Positions 1 through 13,894 are shown, counted from the first letter of the stretch. The stretch is 64,000 nucleotides of DNA from Octopus sinensis (GCF_006345805.1 NC_042997.1:81344001-81408000), one strand, 5' to 3'. Notes: a model not told the origin generated them from the letters alone. Program-made: numbers and translations.

Positions 1-411
1 ATGATTTGACCATTGAAGTATTTGAGCTGAGAATAGTAAACTTCACTTTTCTATGATTATCAATTTACAGTTAAATAACATATGTTCTGCTGAGAAGGAC
101 ATTACATTATTTCTTAAAAAATAGGTTTCAAAAATTTGTGATGCATTCTTGGGGATGGAGGTTATAATCATAATTTTCATAAGCCCAATTTTAATTCCAG
201 AGGAGGATGATCTATGTAAACTTAGTGTGTTTCTGCAATATAAAAGTAAAAGAAAAATTGTTGGCTATAAGTGACCAAGATCAAAATACCACTAAACCAT
301 TAATAAAACAAAATGTTTAGGAGTTTTCTTGCTGGCTATATGTATTTTGATGAGCACTGAGTAATTTGTAGGGATTGCAAGAAATATCACTGATGTTAGA
401 GTTTGCCATTC

Positions 412-442
412 AGTGTGTGTGTGTGTGTATGTGTGTGTGTGT

Positions 443-474
<32 letters not shown>
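412..474. repeat. (GT)n microsatellite
   Basis: Direct reading of the gtgtgt tract. Confidence 0.95.
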
Positions 475-478
<4 letters not shown>

Positions 479-1529
479 ATGCCAGGACCTCGATTATTTT
501 TGTCTTTTTTTTTTCAAAATTTTCAAGTAAAAATTAGAATGCTGGGAAATACAGAATAATAGTCCATTAAGATGGTTTGCATGGCTTATCAGGAAAAGAG
601 AGTTTCAAATGCCCTCTATAACTGTTGAGATTGATGTAGTCTATGTTCAGATTCTCCCACTGTTACCTAATGTTTACATGAAATACACTGGCAGGAAGGG
701 TATTTGAGAAGGATGATGGCTTAATATAGCAAGATTCACAAAACTGAAGAGTGTGAGCAGTGCTGTCTAAGGGTTTGGGTAAATTGGGCAATTGCCCAGA
801 GGAGTAAGCCTTACAGGTCTAAGAGCCCAGTTCTGATCCATGCATGCTGTGGCTATCCATCAATAAATAAATACTATAGGGCCCAGTACATTATTTACCC
901 AAGGGCCTATAATGCTGTTATGGTGACCCTGAATATGAGGCTGGAGCAGTAAGGATAGAGTAGGGGTAATGCAAGGAGGAGAAACAAGGAAGCCAAGTGA
1001 TCTTGGGTGGAAATGATATATAAGTAGCTAGTCTATTAACAATAAAATAGGCAGAGCAAAGATATAGTGTTATGGGGAAGTTGTTTCAGCTTAGATGACA
1101 TTGTTATTTTGAACATATATACTACTGATAAGAATCAAACAATCAGCTAATACATTAAGATGCTAATTATTCAGCCAGCTGTAATTTTTGCCTTTGCATT
1201 TTCTAGCTCAGTATACTATTTTATTTTGCCTATATATAAAGATATCTTACTAGCTGCAGATATGCGCTATGTGTATTAGTTTGAACTGCTTATGTTGATA
1301 TAAAGACTTTCCCTACATGTTTATTATGTTACTGTTATATATTCCTGGTGATTGTTTACATTTATTTAGTTTGTTACTATTTAACTAAAAATAAGCTCAC
1401 ATACTATATTTGCTGTTGGAATCCTACCACCCCCAAAAGATGCTATATCTTCATAATGATAGTGAAACAACCATTGTGAATAACTATCACAAATAATTCA
1501 GCCTTGTCAAACATGCACACACGTATATA

Positions 1530-2230
1530 TCATCATCATCATCAATAGCAGCAGCACCATTCAATATCTGCTTTCCATGCTGGTATGGGTTGGATGGTTT
1601 GAGAGGAGCTGACAAGCCATGTGACTGCATCATACATACATGCTTGTGCATGTGCATGTGTATGTGTATGGATGGTCATATGTATATATATATATATGTA
1701 TATATTATCATCATCTTTTAATGTCTTTTGTCAATGCTGGCATGTGTTGGACAGCTTGACCAGGGCTGGTAAGCTGAGGGGCTGCACCAGACTTCAGTTT
1801 GATTTGGCATGGTTTCTATGGCTCGATGTCATTCCTAATGCCAATCACTCCAAAAATGTTATGGCTGCCAATTACGTTACACCAGTATCTGCTTTGATTA
1901 CAATTGCACTTGATTTGATGGGTTTTCTACTCAAGCACGGCATATTACTAAGAGTTTGTCATTTATCATTGCCTCAGTGAGGCCCAACATTTAAAAGGTG
2001 CTTTTTATGTGCCACCAGCATGGGTTCCAGGCACATGAAACCAGCATCAGCCACATTGCCTCTGTAAGGTGCTTTTATGTGTCACCAGCACAGGTAACGA
2101 TTGGGTGACACTGGCATCAGCCACAACAAGGATTTCACTTGGCTTGACAGATCTCTTCAAGCATGGCATATTGCCAAAGGTCTCGATTGCTAGTCATTGC
2201 CTTTCTGAGGCCCAGCATTTGAAGATCATG
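1530..2230 (-). mobile_element. RTE-tail-derived interspersed repeat, interrupted by a microsatellite
   Basis: (cat)n tail followed by ttccatgctgg...ggttggatggtttga, plus short gtgccac/cagca tandem units. The same block recurs at ~15.2, 22.6, 33.0, 33.3, 41.8, 54.9 and 63.8 kb, often next to RTE coding fragments. Confidence 0.6.
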
Positions 2231-3620
2231 CTTCACCACCTTGCCCAGCTGTTTGCACACAGGCACCATACAGTCCACCTTTCAGTCTGAGGGAGAGGCC
2301 CTTTGTTGCCAACAGAGGTAGGAGCTCTCTGAACTTTGCCCAGCCTATTCTTATTCTAGTAGCTACACTCTTGGAGCATCCACCTCCACTACTGACTTGG
2401 TCACCTAGATAACAGAAGCTATCAACTATCTCTAGCTTACCCTGCTGGCATTCAATGGGATCTATTTTCTGTACATTTTTAGTGTTTATTGTACCTGTGC
2501 ACCTTCCACACACAAAACCTATTTTCCCAATTAACCTTCTTCTGATACATACTCTTATGCATCCAAAGCTTACACCGGGTACATCTTATGGAATTTCTGC
2601 CGATGCCTTTCCAACAGATTGAGCAGGGGATTCATGATTTGTTTGCTTTCCTGCTTACTAAGACTTTGTTTTTTTTGCTTGGTTAACTCTAAAGCCCTTC
2701 GATTCTAGACTTTGCTTCCACACCTGAAACATTTTCTCTAGTTCTGATAGTGATTCAGCAATAAGAACAAGGTTATAAGCACAGAGAAGCTCCCAGAAAT
2801 AGCCCATCTTAAATTCCTCTGTTATTGCATAGAGGATCATGATGAACAAGAGAGGGGGTGGGGCTGATCGTTGGTGAGCTCCTATTTGTACCTTGAATTC
2901 ATCATTATACTCATTGTCAACCCTCACCTTACTGACACCATCCCTGTATATGACTTACCAACCACTCATCTATCCCTAGTTTCTGCATTGACCATCAACT
3001 AAGGGATCAGAGGACCCTGTCAAAGGCTTTTTTCATGTCAACAAAAGCCAAATATAGAGGTTAGTCATTGGCTAGGTACATCAGAAGCTGCCTTTCCAGA
3101 AATATAGCATCAGTGGTGCTTCTCTCTTGCACAAAGCCAAACTGCATCACATCTAGACTAATCCTGTCCCTAATTAATTAGGATATGACTCTCTCTGTAA
3201 CTTTCATCATCTGATCCAACAATCTGATACTTCTGCAATTATTTTTATCTAAGGTATCACCTTTACCATTGTAGCAGTTGACTATGGTACTGCTACACCA
3301 GTCATTGCGTATGACTCCTTCTTGTACAACATGATTAACTACATAGGTGACTAGACCATAACCCACACCACCAGATATTTTAAGCATCTCAGTAGTTATT
3401 CAGACAAGCTAGGGGCTTTTCCCATCTTCATATTTTTCGTGGCTTTGTCTAACATTCTATTGTCCATTTGGATTGTGGGCCCCCTCTGTTGGATCCACAC
3501 TAGGCAGAATCTCTCTCTCTCCCATGAATTCTCCACATTTAGTAGCCTTTCATAGTGGCACTTCTAAGCCTCCTTCTTTGCAGGGTTACTAACTGCCAGT
3601 GACCCATCGTCCACACATAT
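2226..3620 (-). mobile_element. RTE-clade LINE reverse transcriptase relic
   Basis: ORF pieces CYNGKGDTLDKNNCRSIRLL, FKVQIGAHQRSAPPPLLFIMIL and LEIVDSFCYLGDQVSSGGGC..TRIRIGWAKFRELLPLL are degenerate RTE RT motifs, broken by stops and frameshifts. Confidence 0.85.
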
Positions 3621-4079
3621 GTATATATGCATGTCCCTATGTGTGTGTGTATATACATATATTTACATCATCATCGTCATTGTTTTAATATCTACTTTTC
3701 CATGCCTGCATGGATCAAATGGAATTTGTTAGGGAAGATTTTCTACAGCTTCTTCCCACCTGTTTTCAAATAAGTTAATATTTTCCCATGATCACACAGA
3801 TTTTCATAGAAGATTGGAAACAAAAGACAACACTTGAATGACAATGACATTCACAACTATCATGTAATGTCATGGTAAGGAGACAGTAACAGACACACTC
3901 ACACATACATAACTATACATATATAAATACAACTATATTATATTGGCAATGGTACTACTGCTGTTACCACTGCCAATATAATATAGTTGTATTTATATAT
4001 GTATAGTTATGTATGTGTGAGTGTGTCTGTTACTGTCTCCTTACCATGACATTACATGATAGTTGTGAATGTCATTGTC

Positions 4080-4306
4080 ATTCAAGTGTTGTCTTTTGTT
4101 TCCAAAAAAAGACGTCAACAAGAAACTATGGCATTACGAACAGCCAGGAACAGTCTTCGCTACATTTGCGGTACCTGCCAGAGGGAGTGTTTGTCCAGGA
4201 TAGGACTACACAGCCACAGCAGGAAATGTATCAGGACATGAAATGTAAAAGCCGGACTAGACTATTTTATGCGCAACTCCCGAGACAAAAAGGATGCCAA
4301 CAATAT

Positions 4307-4310
<4 letters not shown>
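4080..4310 (+). mobile_element. 3' end of an RTE LINE (C-terminal zinc knuckle plus tail)
   Basis: YICGTCQRECLSRIGLHSHSRKC is the typical RTE C-terminal CxxC..C.SRIGL.SH motif. It is followed by cgagac...ggatgcc and ends in (TA)n. Confidence 0.75.
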
Positions 4311-4345
<35 letters not shown>

Positions 4346-4439
4346 TTTGTATTACAAAATTCCTGATGTGAAGTCATGTGTCATATTAATTCTATTATAT
4401 ATTTAAATATATATATATATAAAATTGAAGTTATGCAAA

Positions 4440-6200
4440 TTAAAAATTGCACAAAGCTTTTATAACAAAGCATTTATAACGACCCAATAAATATGTGTAT
4501 ATATAGATACACAAACATACACATGCACACATACATTATATACATAATATATAAATATAAACACAGATAACTTGAGGAATTGACCATGAGATTTGTTAAT
4601 TGAAATACCAAAACTTAGTTTGACTGGAAACTGAAGCATCTTAAATTCAAATGGAACATCTGTAGGTATGAGTGGAATTTTTGGAATGAAATCGTTTTCT
4701 CTTTTGTGACTATCTGTTATGATTGTTGCCTGAAGGACACAGGGCTTCATGGAAGTAACAATTAAGCGAGTTCCATTACGCAGGTGAGATGGGTCAAGAT
4801 TCTTAATCAATATAATGGGAGCACCCAGTTTTAGTGTCAAGTTATGCAGTGGCATCTCAGTGGGTTTAAGTGTGTTCAGAAATTCAACAACCTGATCTTG
4901 ATTGATTATCGTCAATTGATCAAAAAGTCATTTGTGATGTATCTCTTAAGTTTTGAAGAAGTTCATGACTGAGTTTATCGACCATTTCATTAGTTGGAGC
5001 TGGTATAGCTCTTTCACATAGCCAGTTTACATCAGTGTAATTGACAGATAAATTAGGAAATACTTTATCCATAAGATCCCTAAGTATCATTTGACTGCAT
5101 GTAATTTCATGTGGCTGAAGTCTTGAGTTGAATGTTAATATCCCATTACCAATCTCAAGAAGCTCTGATGTTATTTGTAAGATGAAGTTTTTTCACGTCT
5201 CCAAAGGTATGGTTTTTTGAAGCATGCATTGACTTCACCAGCTTTTGATCCTTTGGGGATAACTGGCAACATTTGAAAATCTCCTGCAAGAAGAACTGTT
5301 ACTCCTCCCATGAATGTGCTATTGTTTTTTATGTCTTGGAGGGTATGGTCAAGTACCTCTGGAGCTCTACAATGTAACAGGGCACTCATCCCAAACAGTG
5401 AGGCAAGTTTATTGGAGAACTGTTGCTATTGCAGAGTTTTGGGAAATGTTGTTGCACATTTGAGATTCTTTCATTGAAAGGTTTAGAGGGAGCTTGAACA
5501 TGGAATGAGCAGTTCTTCCCCCATTGAGTGGGGTAGCTGCAATACCAGAAGATGCAACACTGGAAGAAGGTTAGATTTTATTTCCTTCCATTTAGGATTG
5601 CAGGTGAAAGTAACAAAAAGATCTGATTTTCCATATGTCCTGACATATGTTGTAGCATCTTGTGTTTGTTTGTGCATATATCAAGGACCACCTGTGAATG
5701 ATGATGGGAGGATTATACATTGCCCCATGTTTTGAATATCACCATCTGTCCTCAGAGCATTTTGGAGAAGAACAATTTTTAGCCCTTAACTTTTTTTGAT
5801 TATTATAAATGTAGAAGAGATGCTGACTCTCAACTTTAGCATAGATATAAACAGGGTATTGCTGAAATAGATCACAATACATGTGTAATTGATTTGTTCT
5901 GGTCTTAACATCAGTTGGTAAGAACAGAAGTCATTTGACGAGACCTTTTTGTTTGTAATTGACTCTCCTGTTACAGGTTCAATCTGTGGAATATTGAAAT
6001 GATACCCATCTTGTCCATTTCTCAAAATGAGAGGATACTGGAGAGTATCATAAGAGGGATGAGTTTCTGAAACATCAGAATTTTCATGGGGATCATCCAC
6101 CATAAGGATGGCTACTCCATTAGATGTGGGCTCATTAAAATGGCGTAAAATGTCCTTTACTATAGATGTAACAAACACAGAAACACACACACACTCAGAG
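4440..6200 (-). mobile_element. Helitron Rep/PIF1-helicase relic with internal deletions
   Basis: YDTLQYPLILRNGQDGYH, KSDLFVTFTCNPKWKEIKSNL (Rep), FMGGVTVLLAGDFQMLPVIPKG, HNLTLKLGAPIILIKNLDP..NGTRL and QFPVKLSFGISINKSHGQ (PIF1 helicase). Confidence 0.9.
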
Positions 6201-7576
6201 ACATACAAACACTCATAAAGTTGATAATACTGAAAACAGCAAAACGTACACACACAAAGTTCAAGTGAAATGAAATGTAGTCATTATAGGTGCAAAACAA
6301 ACTTTCTGTAGCATAGTTATGGTATAAAAACTTTTTTTAGGGAATATTTCCAAAAGAAATATTCCAGAGCTAGAAAGTCACCAATTTAGCAAAAATTACT
6401 ATGTAACAAAGTACAGAAAGTCAACATTTATTTGGAACATGTACTAAATGTTATAAAATTCAGGATTGAATGTGACAGTGAAGAAAGTCAAGCTCCAAGA
6501 AAATTCAGAAGGCATAATTCAATTTTTCATACAAAAATAATTTATTATTTTACAATTTTTAAACGAATGCTGAACAATGTGTGTATAAAGGAATATGCTG
6601 CTGTTGTAAATGTGAATGAATTTAAAACATTTGCTGTAGCAAGACATAAATCAATTTGATATCACTTGTTACATATTTTAAATGTGTAAGGTTATATGCT
6701 GTAGAATAAATACTAATGCAATAAAAAAGTTGCACAGTAGTGAATACTCACACTGATAAAGCAGCATAGCAGGAATACGATAAGGGCGCTAGGACTGTTA
6801 AAAAAGCATTATCTTCAAACTGGTTATAAGGACTGGAATAACATTTCTGTAATTATATTGAAAGAGCCGCTAAGGCTTTCTACTTCACCAAGTTTCCAAA
6901 TTTGTTATAATAACCAGAATGACATTTTTTTTAGATATATTTGCAAGTGTTGTGAGTGCTGACAAATCAGCCAAATCTTCATGTTGGTTATAAAAACCAG
7001 AATAATATTTCAGCATATGAGTAGTGATAATTGTTAATGCTGTTTAAACCAGAATTCTCCATGATGGAAAGGAAAATCAAAACAGTGGCACTTCAAAGTG
7101 AACGCTGTTGTCCGTTCAACATCAGGCTGCAACTAAACTAAAGTCTTTCAAAATTGGCACATTACACTGTTGGGTGGTACAGTCACATACATATACTAAG
7201 ACAGACACACGTGGACATACATTCATGCACACCTCAGGCTTATCTCTGTCCCTCTCTGTGTCTATTTCTGTCTTTAGATGTGTGTGTGTGAGTTGTCACA
7301 AAAATGTATGTATACTGACAGACACATACACCCTCAATTATACACATATACTTGTCAGTCGTCGGCCTAATGTACTTAACAAACACGCACACACACCCAC
7401 ACTGACAGACACATACACTCTCATATAGAAAATATGATGTCATCATCTTTGTGTTATAAAATGTCATTTACAGTAGGTGATTTATAGAAAGATTGTAATA
7501 TGAAATTTTTGTAATGCAAAAAAGTAAGTGAAAATAAAGTTTAATTGATAGCCAAAATTTACCCATCACATCCTGT

Positions 7577-7589
<13 letters not shown>

Positions 7590-7610
<21 letters not shown>

Positions 7611-7830
7611 CTGATCTTTTATCATTTCAGTCATTAGACTGCAGACATTTTGGGGCACCACCTTGAAGAATATTTAGTCAAACAAAGTGACCCCATTACT
7701 TTATTTATTTATTATTATTTTTTTTGTTAAGCCTGAATTTATTCTATTGGTTTCTTTTGCTGAACCACTAAGTTACAAGGGCATAAAGACACCAGCCCTG
7801 GTTGTCAAGTAATGTTAGGCGAGAGGCACA
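7590..7830 (-). mobile_element. SINE fragment (family A)
   Basis: tttcagtcattagactgc..caccaccttgaagaat..tacttattctattggt..gctgaaccactaagttac block, repeated at 10.3, 16.0, 21.0 and 31.9 kb. Confidence 0.7.
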
Positions 7831-7857
7831 TACACAATACATAGATACATATATATA

Positions 7858-8699
7858 CAAGGTGTGGTGAATAAACTGTCATCTAACTTAAAATAACACT
7901 GACATCTCATTTTAACATATATTTACCAAAATTATACAAAAATATCTTGAAATACTAAGGAGTATATTTATTCAATGAAATTGCCTTTAACTTCAACCAC
8001 AGCCTCCAGATTTCCTGCTACTCCTCTGGACAGTCCCCTTGTTTAAGTTGGTGAATACTGCCATAATCCTTGCCTTCAGTTCATCTTTGGTGTTACAAGG
8101 AGTTTTGTTGGTCTCTCACTCAATTGCGCCCCACACATAATAATCTAGGCGGTTGCAGTCTGGGAGGTTTGGTGGCCAGAAGTTAGGGGTAATATGGTTG
8201 CAGAAATTGTCTGACAGCCACGACTGGGTTCTCCTGCTTGCGTGATATGGTTCAGAGTCCTGTTGCCAGACATAGGGTCTTCTAGCAGCCACTCTCTTCC
8301 AGGCACTTTAATGAAGGCCTCCATGTTGAGTCTGAGGCCATGTGGGAAGATTCATGGAGGCATAGCGTCACCATCACTACTGATCACGCCAAACATCATA
8401 ATGTTGACTGGATATTTGATTTTTATCACTCTCAGTACATGTCCTCGGATTGCACTGTCATCAGATTGACACCCAAACACTCTGAAATGTTCATATTGGA
8501 GCTTCTGGCATGAATACTAAGCTGTACAGCATGTCGTTTCTAAATTTCTGACATAGTGAATTGCGTCATGGTGCTGTTTTCTCTCAGACAGTGCCCAACT
8601 GACCCTACTATATTATGTAGTCAACAAAATCAAAGACAAACAATGTGCATGTGCGAAATTGAAAATATAAAATGGCAACAATTTATTCATTGCACCCTG
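7858..8699 (-). mobile_element. Internally deleted Tc1/mariner-superfamily DNA transposon with TIRs
   Basis: Imperfect ~22-bp TIRs caaggtgtggtgaataaactgt / acaatttattcattgcaccctg, with TA on the left. The minus strand encodes WPPNLPDCNRLDYYVWGAIE-like transposase remnants. Homologous to 44.5-45.4 kb and 55.5-56.7 kb. Confidence 0.8.
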
Positions 8700-8703
8700 T
8701 GTG

Positions 8704-8735
<32 letters not shown>

Positions 8736-8769
8736 ATAATATATATATATATAAATGAATTTTTTGCAT

Positions 8770-9059
8770 AATAGGATAAAAATTCAAGGCTGTATCCCTT
8801 CATCGGAGACAAGGGATATTATTAATTAATATCCTAGAAACAACTGTAAGACCTTCTATCTATAAATGCTCTAATATCTGTACAGCCTTGGTTTTTTATT
8901 TTATTATGCAAAAAATTCTTATATACACACACTGACATAGAACCAACGTTGAACCCTTTATTCACAATATTACCAAATCTGGAACTTAAAACTATGGTCA
9001 GTCTATAGCACTTATTCAGCATTACCTGACAACTTTGGGTCTCAATGAAACCATTATCT

Positions 9060-9060
<1 letters not shown>
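8770..9060. repeat. Structured non-coding repeat between (TA)n tracts, probable PLE tail with a disrupted hammerhead
   Basis: 10-bp closing stem caaggctgta/tacagccttg, hairpin ggatatt..aatatcc, and GAAAC-aact-GTA-agac. See findings. Confidence 0.4.
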
Positions 9061-9111
<51 letters not shown>

Positions 9112-9119
9112 TACACACA

Positions 9120-9167
<48 letters not shown>

Positions 9168-9335
9168 CAATGGGCTTCTTTCAGTTTCCTTGGACCAATG
9201 AGCTTTATATGTTTACTCATTGAGTTAGTGATCATGAATACTTATAAATGCTTCTAAAATATACATGGCTATCTGATGATCAGTTGCATGAAACACTGAG
9301 TATCAGTTTGTGAAGTCTATTCTACTTCAATGAAA

Positions 9336-9384
<49 letters not shown>

Positions 9385-9912
9385 CCCCCACCCTCAGCCT
9401 AACCCACATCCCACCCTTGCTTTCCCCACTCTCGCCTCCCCCACCTCCCAAAACCATCTCACCACTACACCTTACACCATGATACCACACAACACATCAC
9501 ATCACAACACACCACCACGCACACATCAGCACTGATCGCTTCCCAGACCCACCTTTTCACACCTACAGACACACACACACACATGTCAAGATCACCAGCC
9601 CTCTTCCACACGCACATACAAACTCTCTTATACTCACGCATGCGCACCTTCGTTTTGAGATTACCACTACTTTATTATCTCCCTTTCTTCCTAGTTCTCC
9701 TGTGTGACCCTTCTGTCCGGCATTTGCCATGATAGATTGCTAGCCACTACACATTCTTTATTTTCTCTCCATTTTTCTTTTTGTGTTCCTTTCCTTGGAA
9801 GAGCATAGGCTCGAAATGTTAAAGACTTTTTTACTTCCCAAGCGTTATACTAATACATCTGTTTGTTTGTCTACACCACCTGTCTTCGTATTTTGTTTTT
9901 TTTGTGAATTCT

Positions 9913-9979
<67 letters not shown>

Positions 9980-9983
<4 letters not shown>

Positions 9984-10280
9984 CAGTGGTTAGAGTGTCA
10001 GGCTCACAACATGAGGTAGTGAGTTTGATTCATGGACCGGGCTGGGTGTGTTGTGTTCTTGAGTGAACATTGTTCCAGTTCACTCAGCTGTAGAAATCAG
10101 TTGCGACATCACTGGTGTCAAGCTTTACCTTTCCCTTGGATAACATTGATGGTGTGGAGAGGGGAGGCTGGTATGCATGGGTGACTGCTGGTCTTCCACA
10201 AACAATCTTACCCAGACTTGTGCCTTGGATGGGAACTTTCTAGGTGCAATCCCATGGTCCTTCATAACTGAAGGGCATCC
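9980..10280 (+). mobile_element. tRNA-derived SINE
   Basis: A-box-like cagtggttagag and B-box-like gagtttgattc, followed by gtgttcttgag central domain. Similar copy at 55.2 kb. Confidence 0.65.
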
Positions 10281-10299
10281 TTTTATGCATACACACACA

Positions 10300-10745
10300 C
10301 ACATCTTTTATCCTTTACTTGTTTCAGTCAATAGACTGCATCCATGCTGACCCACCACCTTGAAGAATTTTTAGTTGAATGAATCAAGCCCAGTACTTAT
10401 TCTTAAGCCTACTACTTATTTTATTGACCTCTGTTGCTAAACTGCTAAATTATGGGGACATAAACAAATCATTACCAGTTTAGTAGTAGTTGGGGACAAA
10501 CACAGACACAAAACACACACACACATGCACACACACACATACACAGACAGACAGACACACACACACACACACACATACGATGGGCTTCTTTCACTTTCCA
10601 TCTATTGATACCAAATCCACTTACAAAGCTTTGGTCAGCCCAGGTCTACAGTAGAAGGTACTTGCCCAGGGAGCCACACAGTGGGACTGAACTCAGAACC
10701 ATGTTGTTGGGAAGTTAACTTCTTATCACACAGCCACACCTGCAC
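10300..10745 (-). mobile_element. SINE (family A)
   Basis: Same conserved blocks as 15970-16375, including the internal (CA)n and gggactgaac..accatg head on the minus strand. Confidence 0.75.
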
Positions 10746-11680
10746 CTATTCTCACCATACAGCCATACCAACACACTTAAAATTACACTTTCCCTCACTG
10801 ACAAAGGAAGAACACAAAGACCTAGTTAGCAACATCTGGCGATCAAGTATTTCAAACTCAATAAGTTTGGCCCTTCTTCAAGGCATGAGTAGAGAGCATT
10901 CTTCTCTATGAAACTGAAACCTGAACAATAAAGTAGATGTTTCCAGCTTCTCTCCCAAATCTACTTACAAGGCTTTGGCTGGCTCAGTGCTATAATGGGC
11001 TTGTAGATGAGACACATGTTTAAGATGCACTGCAGTGAGACTGATCCTGCAAGCATGTGGTTGGAAAGTGAACTTCTTTCATAGCCATACTGTAATATAT
11101 ATTTTTCAAAGATAATAATGGAAATAAGGCAATTTTGTAAAATATTACCCTTGAGCAACAAATACATTTCCTGTATGGAATATTATACAGGCTGTTGATA
11201 CAGTGTGGAAAAAAGCTGTAAATGCAGTTTTCTTAGAATAAAACACCAGAATGTCAGAGACCAGTTAATGATAGCTATTTGTTCTTGAACTGGTGTGTGG
11301 AATGAGCACAACTTTGAAAACTGAATAAAGAGATCAGAGAAGAGGTAAAAGCTTTCTTACTTTCCTATGCAATATCAACAGCAAACTGGAATGGGAAATC
11401 AATTAATTGTGGAAGAGAATTACTGCAATATTTACTACCATCTGTATTCAGAATTATGCTGTTTCCTAGAATGTTTTAGATATGTTAAGAAGCACATTTA
11501 CAACCAAAAATCATCATATTGTTGCAAAGAATAAATGACTAGAAAAACCTATTTGAGCAGAAAATGACATTTATTTTGCAGACACCTGGAAAGAGTTGGA
11601 TCTGATTGTAAATGAAATGAGAGAAGGGGAGATGGGAAGAGAGGAGAGAGAGTGTGTATGTATGAGTGAGAGAAAGGGAC

Positions 11681-11714
<34 letters not shown>

Positions 11715-12194
11715 TGTGTGCATGCATGAAAAAGAGAGAGAAAGAGAGATAGAGGGAGAGAGAGAGAAAGAGAGAGAGAGAGAGAAGAGTAGGAGAGGAT
11801 TAATTTGATGAATATTGATCACCACCAAAGTCATCATGGGTATTCATAGGAAGTTACACTTCTGTTGTAAAAATATGACATAAATTATGTACAAATGTAA
11901 TTTTCTTTTGAATATATCTTTAAAATATTCATAGAAGTAGCATCAATGAAACTATTGGACCATAATACACCTTTGTTTAGGATGTTTGTTATATATCAGT
12001 GTAGGAAGTTTCATCACAAAACCCTTTACTGCTAAATGTATCAAAACCATTTAAAATTAAAATTTTAAGAAGCTCTTTACATTCAGTCTTGCAAACTTAC
12101 AACAAATATACAACTTCTATGTTAAAGATAAAAAGGTAAATATCTCTGGCAACATAAAGTTATTCCATATATGTTAGGAATTCGTACATACATG

Positions 12195-12197
12195 TAT

Positions 12198-12237
<40 letters not shown>

Positions 12238-12266
12238 ATATATATATATATAATATATATATATAT

Positions 12267-12309
<43 letters not shown>

Positions 12310-12418
12310 CATACATACATACATACATACATACATACATACATACATACATACATACTACATACATATACATATATACACACACACATATACATACATA
12401 CATACATACATACATACA

Positions 12419-12449
<31 letters not shown>

Positions 12450-12455
12450 GTATGT
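12195..12455. repeat. Compound (TA)n(GATA)n(CATA)n microsatellite
   Basis: Direct reading. A mirror-oriented (TATC)n(TA)n tract lies at 13135-13290. Confidence 0.95.
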
Positions 12456-12489
12456 ATAAACTGAACTACAAAAGAAACATCGCACACAT

Positions 12490-13050
12490 ACTAAATAGAA
12501 ACAGGTTTATTTAACAGAATGCCATAGCATTGATTGAGAAGTGCTAATTAAGAAACTGTTCTTTCCTAATGATAAAACGTCATTTCCTGAAACATGTTTG
12601 ATGTCACATGGTGTCATGTGATGACAGAGTGTCCTGGATCCAAAGAGATGAACTCAGTATCTTGTGTGACTACTGTTAGCATTGATTACTGCCAGACATC
12701 TTCTGTCACCAAACGATTGATGAATGCCATGGGGATAGCAGTCCGCACTCTGTTAAAACTTGCAATGAATTGTGCTGCAGTTGTCGACCTTGGAAGGATG
12801 TCATTTAGCCTTCTTTGGATTTTGTCCCACAGGTGTTCTATGGGGTTCAAGTCCAGACTTAGAGCAGACCATGGCAGACCATGAACTGTCTCTGCACAAA
12901 TGGGTCTGTGGTGTGTCACTATGGTCAGCCTAGCTGATTCCATTATATTGGTACTCTTGAGTTTCAAGTGTAATGCTAGTCATCAGCCATTTTTAATTTG
13001 GATTAAAATTCAAAATGGCATCACGCTTGAAACTCAAGAGTGCCAACAAA
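12490..13050 (-). mobile_element. Tc1-family transposase C-terminal relic
   Basis: LPWSALSLDLNPIEHLWDKIQRRL resembles the Tc1 WP..SPDLNPIE.LW motif around the catalytic E. Confidence 0.8.
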
Positions 13051-13140
13051 TTTGAATCAAACTTTTGATCTATACATGTAACTCCCAAAAGACTGGTTGA
13101 GTGCCCCTCTTTCATTTGTCCACTCACTCGTGTGTATGTA

Positions 13141-13287
<147 letters not shown>

Positions 13288-13894
13288 TGTATGTCTGTGT
13301 GTGTAGTGAAGCCCCTGCTGAGTTTTGAACTATAGCTCTCAGATTTTCATAGTATCATCTAGCAAGTTGTTTTACCAGAGAGTCATAACTGTTATGTTCA
13401 TTGAACGTTGTTCCATTAATTTGTTGGATGTGCACTTGTAAATGTAACGTTGCAGGATGAATAAAATATTTTAAATTTCAATTAAATTTTAATGTGGTCA
13501 TTGTCTTCACATGTAATCTATGAACAGTCACCAAAAAATAATTGACTTGCCACTAAATACGTATTATTTTTCTACATTACACTGCATAGATGGAACAATG
13601 TTTTATAGGATTCCTCATACATTGCTCTATATTGGATAAAGAGGAATGGAGTGATTTATTTCTTTTGACCTCTTAAATTCTTTAGTTAGCTTAGCTGAAG
13701 AATGTTTGAAAGTTCAGCGTTCCTAGATGCCATGTTTCCAGCATTTCATACACATGAAAGGACAATAAATCATGGATGTTTTACACAGTTTCACTGGAAA
13801 CTTTTCAGTTTGAAATAATTAAAAGATATATTTCAATGTAGTCTCAGGTTACATACAGAGGGTGACACTAATTATGCATGAAGATATTCTTTTC

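Noticed and set aside
6340-7100. Possible coding relic next to the Helitron
   Set aside because: No motif recognised in any frame.
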